Shown here: positions 9,767-17,968 of the stretch, in pieces
Layout: each line of letters opens with the position of its first letter
Position numbering within the stretch: the first letter of the stretch is position 1
Source of the DNA: Bacteroidales bacterium
Lineage (GTDB): Bacteria; Bacteroidota; Bacteroidia; Bacteroidales; WCHB1-69
Length of the DNA: 64,000 nucleotides
Direction: 5' to 3'
NCBI GenBank assembly: GCA_031553535.1
Contig: JAVBLM010000019.1
Coordinates: 154,128-218,127 of the forward strand
Made by a program: the position numbers and the translations under genes
The notes under the pieces: generated by a model
Databases searched by the model: none
What the model was told of the DNA's origin: nothing
What the model saw: only the letters and a program-made list of their open reading frames with translations

Positions 9767-11173
9767 TTATTCATCTTTATATGTGTGTACATCAAGATCA
9801 CCTTTTTCTATCGTATCCCTTATATGCAAAATATCTTTCCATTTATCGTTGTAAGGTTCTCCTCTTGCAGTAGAGTGCAATAAGCGAAAATCTTTTGTTG
9901 TCAAATCCGCATTGTAAAATACAAAAATCGCATTCACCTGCCCATCCGGTAATGTATTGTATGTCCATATTTCATAAGGCGGTCCGTTAACATCCGAATG
10001 CTCATATTCGATATCATTTGGCGGGCCATATTTTAAATAATAATGACCTCGATCTGTCCTATATCCTTTTATCTTTAATGTAGTATAGTTATAATTTACC
10101 CGCATCACTTGATTGTAATATTTGTACCATTCTTCCTGCGGATTTTCTTTGTTGCGTTTATACCAGAAAAAGTTGAAAAAATCTTCTATCTCATTATATT
10201 TTTCCGGGCTTATATTCTCAATAAAGCTACGTTCTTCAATATCTGCAATAATATAAATATAATCCAAATACATTTTTAAAGTATCATATGGCAAACTGTC
10301 TGTCCGATGAGTACTTATTTCTCTTACAGAAGGATTACTCCTTTGAAAGAAGAAAGATTTATAAGCATGTAATGTATCCCTTCTATCCCTTACTTCTATT
10401 TTTAATTCATAATTTCCCGAAGGCAAACTATCAATCTTAAAACTTTGGAAAAGGACACTCATATCCAATTTCTTTGCAGCTTCCCATTTTTCATATTGTG
10501 AAGAAACAGGTTCATTCTTATTATAGTGTGAAATATAACTATGTACAACAAAATCATTTCCCCTGATAACGGTATCCGTATTATAAATTTCTGCCATGAA
10601 AGTCAATAAATCTATATTCTCAGGATAAAAGTTCGAGAAGTAAGGCATGTATTCTATCCCATGTTTGGTGAAGTTATCTGATTTTGTTGCCTGAGAAAAA
10701 AAACCAATCGGCATAATATCTGAGAAACTAACAATATTCCGGTTATAATCCACATCTAATTTATCTTCATAAAATAATGTATCGGCCTTTAATGAATTTC
10801 TATCATATAAAGCAATTTTCATTTGATATTTGCCATCCGGTAAAGGAACACGAACTACATTATAAATATTATCAGCGCGAGAAGCGCTATCTATATATTC
10901 ATCACTTGTGAAAGTATAATTCCGCTTTATAATGGTATCATCCTTAATAAAGGAAATATTTGTCCCGATCAATGCCTGATAGGTTCCCTTATCAGTCATC
11001 TTATACGTTAAACCATTACCTTGGAAAAGAAATTGTAACTCTATATAAGATGTTTCATCAGGAATATTAAACAGCAGATAATTAAAATTAGCTCTGAATT
11101 TTTGAGCAAAAGGAAATAAAGGTATCAACATTAATATCGCTACCAGTAATAGTTTATGTATGTATAATTTCAT
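9767..11173 (-). CDS. GWxTD domain-containing secreted protein
   Basis: 468 aa with a signal peptide. The C-terminal KGYRTDRGHYYLKYGPPNDIE ... PYEIWTY resembles the GWxTD domain family of Bacteroidota. Confidence 0.6.
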   Translation of the reverse strand: MKLYIHKLLLVAILMLIPLFPFAQKFRANFNYLLFNIPDETSYIELQFLFQGNGLTYKMTDKGTYQALIGTNISFIKDDTIIKRNYTFTSDEYIDSASRADNIYNVVRVPLPDGKYQMKIALYDRNSLKADTLFYEDKLDVDYNRNIVSFSDIMPIGFFSQATKSDNFTKHGIEYMPYFSNFYPENIDLLTFMAEIYNTDTVIRGNDFVVHSYISHYNKNEPVSSQYEKWEAAKKLDMSVLFQSFKIDSLPSGNYELKIEVRDRRDTLHAYKSFFFQRSNPSVREISTHRTDSLPYDTLKMYLDYIYIIADIEERSFIENISPEKYNEIEDFFNFFWYKRNKENPQEEWYKYYNQVMRVNYNYTTLKIKGYRTDRGHYYLKYGPPNDIEYEHSDVNGPPYEIWTYNTLPDGQVNAIFVFYNADLTTKDFRLLHSTARGEPYNDKWKDILHIRDTIEKGDLDVHTYKDE

Positions 11174-11359
11174 CTGAATATATATTTTCTAATAACATAC
11201 AAAAGTAAAATAAAATTCCATTCAATCACTCAAAATTTATATTATCCTAATATAATCCCACAGGAAACTTTCTCCGCAATAATATATTTTATCTTATAAC
11301 AAATTAAGAAAATAATGAAATAAATTTACATTTCATCTCATTAATTAGATAAAAAATAC

Positions 11360-11367
11360 TACCTTTG
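11360..11367 (+). promoter_or_regulatory. candidate -7 promoter box (TACCTTTG) for tRNA-Gly/ftsY
   Basis: Matches TAnnTTTG and ends 7 nt before the first tRNA nucleotide. Confidence 0.45.
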
Positions 11368-11373
11368 CACCAT

Positions 11374-11450
11374 GCGGAAGTAGCTCAGTTTGGTAGAGCA
11401 TCAGCTTCCCAAGCTGAGGGTCGCGAGTTCGAGTCTCGTTTTCCGCTCCA
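11374..11450 (+). tRNA. tRNA-Gly (anticodon CCC)
   Basis: Manual cloverleaf: acceptor GCGGAAG/TTTCCGC, D arm GCTC-AGTTTGGTA-GAGC, anticodon arm TCAGC-TTCCCAA-GCTGA, T arm GCGAG-TTCGAGT-CTCGT, with an encoded CCA. Confidence 0.9.
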
Positions 11451-11478
11451 ACTTTTTATTTATGAACTAACTATTATT

Positions 11479-12444
11479 ATGGGCTTTTTTTCCTTCTTTA
11501 ACAAAGAAAAAAAAGAAAGTCTGGATAAGGGATTGGAGAAAACAAAAGAAGGTTTTTTCTCAAAGTTATCCAGAGCTATTGTCGGGAAAAGCACGGTTGA
11601 TGATGAGGTATTGGATTCCCTGGAAGAAATACTTATCACATCAGATGTTGGTGTGGAAACCACACTTAAAATCATTGATCGCATTAATGCCAGGGTATCC
11701 GCAGATAAATATATCGGTACAAAGGAATTAAACAGGATACTACAAGAAGAGATTACCGGTCTGCTAACCAAATCAAATACGGAAGACTTAGAACCTTTTT
11801 CCTTACCGCCCGGAGCCGGGAAACCATACGTTATTATGGTAGTGGGGGTGAATGGTGTTGGAAAAACAACTACCATAGGGAAATTGGCTTACCAATTTAA
11901 ACAAAAAGGATATAATGTCATGCTGGGCGCGGCAGATACCTTCAGGGCGGCGGCTGTCGATCAATTAAAAATATGGTCTGAACGTGTCGATGTAGGTTTT
12001 GTAATGCAACCCATGGGCTCCGACCCTGCATCCGTTGCTTTTGATACCGTGAAATCCGCTATGGCAAAGAATGCGGATGTGGTTATTATCGATACGGCAG
12101 GAAGGCTACACAATCGCATCGGGTTAATGAATGAGTTAACAAAAATCAAGAATGTAATGAAAAAACTCATTCCCAATGCACCTCATGAAATACTCCTGGT
12201 ATTAGATGCCTCTACCGGGCAAAACGCTATTGAGCAGGCAACCCAGTTTTCCGCGGCAACAGATATCAATGCCCTGGCGATTACGAAGCTGGACGGAACG
12301 GCAAAAGGCGGTGTGGTTATCGGAATCTCCGATCAATTTCAAATTCCGATCAAATATATCGGTATCGGGGAGAAAAAGGAAGACCTGCAAGCCTTTAACC
12401 GTGCAGAGTTTATCCAATCAATCTTTGATCAAACAGAACCCTAA
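11479..12444 (+). CDS. ftsY: signal recognition particle receptor FtsY
   Basis: 321 aa from ATG 11479 (MGFFSFFNKEKK). SRP GTPase motifs are GVNGVGKTTTIGKLA, DTAGR and TKLDG. The track start at 11365 is rejected because it overlaps the tRNA. Confidence 0.9.
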   Translation: MGFFSFFNKEKKESLDKGLEKTKEGFFSKLSRAIVGKSTVDDEVLDSLEEILITSDVGVETTLKIIDRINARVSADKYIGTKELNRILQEEITGLLTKSNTEDLEPFSLPPGAGKPYVIMVVGVNGVGKTTTIGKLAYQFKQKGYNVMLGAADTFRAAAVDQLKIWSERVDVGFVMQPMGSDPASVAFDTVKSAMAKNADVVIIDTAGRLHNRIGLMNELTKIKNVMKKLIPNAPHEILLVLDASTGQNAIEQATQFSAATDINALAITKLDGTAKGGVVIGISDQFQIPIKYIGIGEKKEDLQAFNRAEFIQSIFDQTEP

Positions 12445-12456
12445 TAAATCCTCCCG

Positions 12457-13332
12457 ATGGAAATCACGATTGACCAAAACTCCGGCTTTTGTTTTGGAGT
12501 AGTGCATGCCATTGAAGCAGCAGAAAAGACACTCCAACATCAAAAACAACTATATTGCCTGGGAGATATTGTCCATAACAATGAAGAAGTGTCCCGTTTA
12601 AAAGAAATGGGAATGGTGGTGATTGATAAAGCAGAAATGGAAACATTGCACAATCAATGTGTCTTAATCCGCGCGCACGGGGAGCCTCCTTCCACATACG
12701 AACTGGCGGAAAAGAATAACCTTTTTATCATAGACGCCACATGCCCGGTTGTTTTAAAGCTCCAAAAGAATGTCTGCAAGGGTTTTCTGGAAATGGAAGA
12801 AAGAAACGGACAGGTAGCCATCTTCGGAAAGAAAGGGCACGCCGAAGTAATCGGGTTAACGGGACAAACCAATAATAAAGCAATCGTAATCAGTAGTCTC
12901 GAAGAAATAGATACCATCGATTTTTCGAGGCCATTGCGATTATATGCACAAACAACACAGAGCTTATCCACATTCCAATCATTAGTTGAGCTTATCAGGC
13001 AAAAATATATTGAATACGGTTCTGAAAAACCTGATTTTGTCTGGTATGACACGATTTGCCGTAAGGTATCAAACCGGGAATACAGTTTACGGAAATTTGC
13101 CTATGAACATGACGTGATTATCTTCGTTTCCGGAGAGAAAAGCTCTAACGGGTTAATCCTGTTTCAAATATGCCGGTCTGTAAACGAACGTTCTTATATG
13201 ATCTCGTCCGAAAAGGGTTTACAAAAAGAATGGTTTACCAATTGCAAAAGCGTAGGTGTATGCGGCGCAACGTCCACTCCCATGTGGCTGATGAATACCA
13301 TTGCAGAAAAAATTAAAATAATCACTCTCTAA
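12457..13332 (+). CDS. ispH: 4-hydroxy-3-methylbut-2-enyl diphosphate reductase
   Basis: 291 aa with motifs GFCFGV, IVHN, IRAHG, DATCP and SGEKSSN characteristic of IspH/LytB. Confidence 0.9.
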   Translation: MEITIDQNSGFCFGVVHAIEAAEKTLQHQKQLYCLGDIVHNNEEVSRLKEMGMVVIDKAEMETLHNQCVLIRAHGEPPSTYELAEKNNLFIIDATCPVVLKLQKNVCKGFLEMEERNGQVAIFGKKGHAEVIGLTGQTNNKAIVISSLEEIDTIDFSRPLRLYAQTTQSLSTFQSLVELIRQKYIEYGSEKPDFVWYDTICRKVSNREYSLRKFAYEHDVIIFVSGEKSSNGLILFQICRSVNERSYMISSEKGLQKEWFTNCKSVGVCGATSTPMWLMNTIAEKIKIITL

Positions 13333-13345
13333 TACATGCTAATTT

Positions 13346-14167
13346 ATGAACAGGACACAACTTATTGAAACAATACAAAAAAAGAAAAGTTTTTTATGCG
13401 TTGGGCTGGATACCGATATCCAAAAAATCCCAAAACACCTTCTGTCTTATGATGATCCCATCTTTGAGTTCAATAAAGCGATTGTCGATGCTACCCTGCC
13501 CTATACGTTGGCATATAAACCCAACCTGGCCTTTTATGAAGCACAAGGATGGAAAGGTTTACTCAGTTTAGATAAAACAATTGCTTATATCCGTTCCAAA
13601 AAAGAGCCTGTTTTCTTAATCGCAGACGCAAAAAGAGGGGATATCGGAAACACCTCCACCCAATATGCCGTTTCATTCTTCGGGCAAACAGATCCGGACT
13701 ATAATTACGACGCCGTTACGGTTGCCCCATACATGGGAGAAGACAGTATCAAGCCTTTTCTGGAATTTGAAAACAAATGGGTGATTCTTCTTGCGCTTAC
13801 GTCCAATAAAGGGTCGTCCGACTTCCAATTACTCAAATATAAGGATCGTTATCTATTCGAAACCGTGTTGGAAACATCCAGACAGTGGGGAGATGCATCC
13901 AAGTTGATGTATGTGGTTGGGGCAACAAAAGCCGAAATGTTGACCGGCATCCGTAAAATTGTTCCGGATAATTTTTTATTAATCCCCGGAGTGGGAGCAC
14001 AAGGCGGAAATCTGGCAGATGTTGTCAAATATGGTATGAATAAAGATTGCGGATTGATAGTTAATGCTTCCCGCAGCATAATTTATGCCTCTCAAGGGGA
14101 AGATTTTGCCCAAAAAGCAGGTGAAGAAGCCCATACCATGCAACAGGATATGGAGAAATATCTATAA
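13346..14167 (+). CDS. pyrF: orotidine-5'-phosphate decarboxylase (type 2)
   Basis: 273 aa with [17 protein letters not shown] and PGVGAQGG. Confidence 0.88.
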   Translation: MNRTQLIETIQKKKSFLCVGLDTDIQKIPKHLLSYDDPIFEFNKAIVDATLPYTLAYKPNLAFYEAQGWKGLLSLDKTIAYIRSKKEPVFLIADAKRGDIGNTSTQYAVSFFGQTDPDYNYDAVTVAPYMGEDSIKPFLEFENKWVILLALTSNKGSSDFQLLKYKDRYLFETVLETSRQWGDASKLMYVVGATKAEMLTGIRKIVPDNFLLIPGVGAQGGNLADVVKYGMNKDCGLIVNASRSIIYASQGEDFAQKAGEEAHTMQQDMEKYL

Positions 14168-14451
14168 TCCGTCTATTTTATAGCTATAAAAGGATTTTAA
14201 CAGCCTCCGGATTGTTATCTCTTCCGGCATTACGCTTGGCTTAACAGGAGTTGCGCAAGTTGATAATTTACACAAAATTATAATTTAGTTGTTGAATTGT
14301 TTATCGTTTACGGTTTACACGTTTACTTCTTGTTGGTTTATCTATTTTATTGGCTTTATCCTTTCTGCCTTCTGCATGTTATTTATTCTCTACACGACTT
14401 CATGCCTACCAATGAAAGAGATTGTATTTCGTTCTGAATAAACCTCTTACC

Positions 14452-14516
14452 GTCATGCTGAACTCGATTCAGCATCCCCTTTTTTTAAGGGGGTTGCGGA
14501 TCAAGTCCGCAATGAC
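14452..14516. repeat. stand-alone copy of the 64-nt four-way-junction (cloverleaf) module
   Basis: The sequence is GTCAT-[GCTGAA CTCGA TTCAGC]-[ATCCCC T7AA GGGGGT]-[TGCGGA TCAAG TCCGCA]-ATGAC. The same module occurs at 17070-17136, 55363-55426 and 55788-55851. Confidence 0.85.
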
Positions 14517-14700
14517 GCTCCTGACAAACAAATTACTGTCATCTTCTCGCTGTTTGATATTTCTCATTGGATATTCGCCGTAATGCGTTTCTGTTAATTC
14601 GGTGCATAACTCGTCATTTATAATTCGTAATTCGTAATTTCTTTCTGCTTGCTGCAATTGTTACCTGTAACTTGTGTGATTTCTGAAAAACTATTACAGA

Positions 14701-15144
14701 TTATTTTTTCTTTCTTTTCCTGACGCGATGCCCCCATTCGGACGGATAGCATTTATGTATCCGGTAAAAGAATTGGGAAAAAGAAACAGCGGATGAAAAA
14801 TTCAGCTTTTTACTGATTTCGGCTATTGGTAAATCCGTTTTTTCCAATAGTTCACAGCTTGCCAGGTCTAGATATCCACATATCCATTCCCGGGCTCCTA
14901 TTCCTGTCATTGCCACAATCGCTGATGAAAAAACTATTGCATCCACACCCATCATTGAAGCGTATCTTTGTGATTGTAAATTACCATATTTATGGATAAG
15001 CTGTGCAAAAAGGTTAATAAAATCATTTCCCGTAAGGCGGTTGCCATTCAATTGGGGTAATCCATCCCTGTTAACAGTAATAGAAGAATCAAGTATCGTA
15101 ATAAACACATCGGAAGGAAGGATTTTCTTGTATTTTGTTTCCAT
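14701..15144 (-). CDS. small AraC-type helix-turn-helix protein (DNA-binding domain only)
   Basis: 147 aa. The C-terminal ~100 aa (LLEKTDLPIAEISKKLNFSSAVSFSQFFYRIHKCYPSEW) fits the AraC/XylS HTH. No recognisable sensor domain is present. Confidence 0.6.
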   Translation of the reverse strand: METKYKKILPSDVFITILDSSITVNRDGLPQLNGNRLTGNDFINLFAQLIHKYGNLQSQRYASMMGVDAIVFSSAIVAMTGIGAREWICGYLDLASCELLEKTDLPIAEISKKLNFSSAVSFSQFFYRIHKCYPSEWGHRVRKRKKK

Positions 15145-15175
15145 AATGTTATTTTTAAGGAGTTATTTATACTTG

Positions 15176-15183
15176 CAAAGGTA
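15176..15183 (-). promoter_or_regulatory. candidate -7 promoter box (TACCTTTG) for the AraC-like gene
   Basis: The minus strand reads TACCTTTG, 32 nt upstream of ATG 15144. Confidence 0.4.
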
Positions 15184-15302
15184 TATTTTTTCTCAATAAT
15201 ACTCGTATCTGATTATGATTGTATAAAAATCAATTCCGGAACCGGATCTGTTTAAAAAATTGCGGAAAAATTTACTATAATATATAAGTTATTCGAAAAT
15301 AT

Positions 15303-15492
15303 TTAATGCCGGATATTCAAGCATTAAATATATGTAATAAAAGTTAATGTCAGATATTCGGGCATTAAATATATGTGATAAAAGTTAATGCCGGATATTC
15401 AGGCATTAAATATATATGATAAAAGTTAATGTCAGACATTCAGGCATTAAATATATGTGATAAAAGTTAATGTCAGATATTCGGGCATTATA
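15303..15492. repeat. tandem array F: 41-bp unit x ~4.6 with 8-bp-stem hairpin
   Basis: The unit is TTAATGYCRGAYATTCRGGCATTAAATATATGTGATAAAAG. The anchor TTAATG occurs at 15303/15344/15385/15426/15467. The inverted repeat is TTAATGCC/GGCATTAA. Confidence 0.9.
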
Positions 15493-15953
15493 TATATTAA
15501 AAATAGTTGTAGGAAAATAAATCAATATCCGGGACCTTTTATCTTTTATCCTATGAAAACAAATCAAGGCCGGGAATCTATTGTAGATTATTGCCGGCCA
15601 TTATCTGCTTTCAGGGGATAAATGTTCATTTACAGTATAAAATCAAAATATAACTTCATATCAATGGCGATGTTTTCTTTATTATTTACAGAAGTTATGC
15701 AAGATATAGAAATGATGATTAATTCAAAATCCAAGGAGAAGAATTTAAGAAAAATCTGCGGATACCTGCGAAATCTGCGGGAAAAATATTCAGTGAATAA
15801 TGAATAATGAAAAGTGAATGACAAATAAATCCCCTCAACTCCGCAACCTCGAATCCCGAACCTCAAATCTTGTATTAATTTTTATTTTTTAAAACAATTC
15901 TTTCACTGATTTGTTAATAAGTCTGTAAATATATTTAATAAAATATTCATATT

Positions 15954-16871
15954 ATGATAAAGAAAGCGGTTATACTCGTCTGTTTATTCCAATTCCTGTT
16001 TTTAATTGCCCAAGCACAGTCCACAATAAAGAATTATGTATATACACATCGTGATACGGTCTCTTTATCCATGGATATATACACTCCCGCACAAATCAAA
16101 GATAAATACACTACAATTATTTTTATATTCGGGGGAGGATTTGTAAGCGGATCAAAGTCGGAAGAAGACAATGTTGCCTATTGTAAAAAATTAGCCAACG
16201 AAGGCTTTGCCGTAGCCAGTATAGATTACCGGCTGGGAATGATAGGAGTGAAAAAAGCAGGCCCTTATGCATTAAAACGCTTGCGTGATGCTATCAATAT
16301 GGGAGTGGAAGATTTGTATGACGCCACGAAATATCTGATTGCACATGCTGACGAATTAAAAATAGATACCGGAAAAATTATCCTCAATGGATCAAGCGCC
16401 GGCGCCATAATAGCACTGCATGCAGATCATGAACTTGCCAACCGTACGGCTATTGCATCGGTTCTTCCGGGTAATTTCCGCTATGCCGGGGTAATTTCAT
16501 TTGCAGGCGCCATCCTAAGTTTTGATGGGAAGCCAAAATACAAAACGCCTCCCGTCCCTACTCTTTTTTTCCATGGAATGGATGATAAATTGGTTAGATA
16601 TAAACAAATACAAATATTTAATGTAGGATTTTTCGGGTCCAATACATTAGTGAAACGCTTCAATAAATCGGATTACCCTTATTGTATTTTCCGTTACCGG
16701 AATATGGGGCATGAGATTGCGGTTCTTCCGATGATCCGGCATGTCCATGATGTTGCCTCTTTTATCAATGAATATATTATCCTGAAGCGGCCTTTGGAGA
16801 TTGATGTTACAATAGAAGACAGAGATTTAAAACGCATCTATTTTGCTACTCCAAAAGATTTGGGAAAATAA
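15954..16871 (+). CDS. secreted alpha/beta hydrolase (esterase/lipase-type)
   Basis: 305 aa with a signal peptide, an FGGGF oxyanion-type motif, the nucleophile elbow GSSAG (in NGSSAGA) and a C-terminal GH. Confidence 0.7.
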   Translation: MIKKAVILVCLFQFLFLIAQAQSTIKNYVYTHRDTVSLSMDIYTPAQIKDKYTTIIFIFGGGFVSGSKSEEDNVAYCKKLANEGFAVASIDYRLGMIGVKKAGPYALKRLRDAINMGVEDLYDATKYLIAHADELKIDTGKIILNGSSAGAIIALHADHELANRTAIASVLPGNFRYAGVISFAGAILSFDGKPKYKTPPVPTLFFHGMDDKLVRYKQIQIFNVGFFGSNTLVKRFNKSDYPYCIFRYRNMGHEIAVLPMIRHVHDVASFINEYIILKRPLEIDVTIEDRDLKRIYFATPKDLGK

Positions 16872-16956
16872 ATTCAAGGTTCAGGGAAATCTGCGAAAAT
16901 CCACAAGGAAAGTAAAATACAAGAAGCAACATGCAACAGGCAGAAAAGATAAAACA

Positions 16957-17225
16957 GAACTTGTCAAAAGTTGATATAAAATAAATAGAGATTATCTCAC
17001 TTCGTTTGATGTACTCATCTGCTTCGGGTTCGGGTGCTTTGTCGTTCCTCCTCACAGTGGCGGAAGTGCGTCATTGCGGACTCGATCCGCAATCCCCTCA
17101 ATAAAGAAGGGGATACTGAAACAAGTTTAGCATGACGGTAACAGGTTTGCTCATTGCGAAAAACGAAGCAACAGAGCTTGCAAGCTCAACGGAGTTAATC
17201 TCCTATCTCAACTTTTGACAAGTTC
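16957..17225. mobile_element. MITE-like element copy 1 (269 bp) with 18-bp terminal inverted repeats
   Basis: Left end GAACTTGTCAAAAGTTGA (16957-16974), right end TCAACTTTTGACAAGTTC (17208-17225). It carries the four-way-junction core at 17070-17136 and has no coding capacity. Confidence 0.8.
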
Positions 17226-17355
17226 GCAGATAAAAATACAGAAAAAAATCATTAACTGACAACTAATTACGAACGACTAAGTCTTATTTTGAAGTACCGG
17301 AAGTGCTGGAATCGCAAGGGTTCAACTTGGATAACTTCTGTTAATTATTTTTATG

Positions 17356-17363
17356 TAAATTTG
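17356..17363 (+). promoter_or_regulatory. candidate -7 promoter box (TAAATTTG)
   Basis: Matches TAnnTTTG, 53 nt upstream of the EamA-family gene. Confidence 0.35.
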
Positions 17364-17415
17364 TCATCTTAATTCAACATTGTTATAATACGTATAAGCT
17401 AAAGATTATAAAGCC

Positions 17416-17832
17416 ATGTGGAAATATTATGCTATTGCGTCTGCCATATTCGCTGCACTAACGGCTATCTTCGCAAAGATAGGAATAAAAAACGTAGATT
17501 CAAATCTGGCAACCGCTATACGTACCTGTATCATATTGTTTATAACATGGGGAATTGTTATTGCCAACAGCAGCCTCGGAGGAATCAAAGAATTAACGAA
17601 AACAAACTGGACTTTCTTAATCCTTTCCGGCATAGCAACCGGTTTATCCTGGTTATTCTATTTCAAAGCATTGCAACTGGGCGATGCCTCAAAAGTAGCC
17701 CCCATAGACAAGTTAAGCGTTGTGATTACTATATTTCTTTCTTTTATTATTCTGGGAGAATCCGTCAGCTGGAAGGTGATACTGGGTGGATGCCTGATCG
17801 CCGGTGGGTCTATCGTTATATTGATGGATTAA
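17416..17832 (+). CDS. EamA-family (DMT superfamily) small membrane transporter
   Basis: 138 aa with 4-5 predicted TM helices and a single EamA-type domain (AIFAKIGIKNVDSNLATAIRT...). Confidence 0.65.
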   Translation: MWKYYAIASAIFAALTAIFAKIGIKNVDSNLATAIRTCIILFITWGIVIANSSLGGIKELTKTNWTFLILSGIATGLSWLFYFKALQLGDASKVAPIDKLSVVITIFLSFIILGESVSWKVILGGCLIAGGSIVILMD

Positions 17833-17968
17833 AGTATAGTGGTTAATGGTTAGTTGTCAGTGATTAGTGTTAACTGCAAATTTTATATTAATTCTTAATT
17901 CTTAATTCTTAATTTCTTAGCAATGACGCTCTTTCGTTTGTTCAGCGTTAATAACTAACCACTAACAA

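Noticed and set aside
11365-11478. N-terminal extension of the ftsY ORF (track start 11365)
   Set aside because: The extension is a translation of tRNA-Gly(CCC) (11374-11450). FtsY homology starts at Met 11479.
14469-14657. ORF 14469-14657(-)
   Set aside because: It starts inside the four-way-junction repeat module and runs through microsatellite-like TAATTCGTAATT sequence, so it is repeat-derived.
15622-15866. ORFs 15622-15807(+) and 15630-15866(-)
   Set aside because: These are mutually antisense ORFs in an intergenic region built from dispersed repeat words (ATCTGCGG, GTGAATAATGAATAATGAAAAGTGAATG). There is no coding evidence.
17418-17846. ORF 17418-17846(+) overlapping the EamA gene in another frame
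   Set aside because: Its translation is Arg/Cys-rich with no TM pattern. The frame starting at 17416 gives a coherent multi-TM EamA protein.
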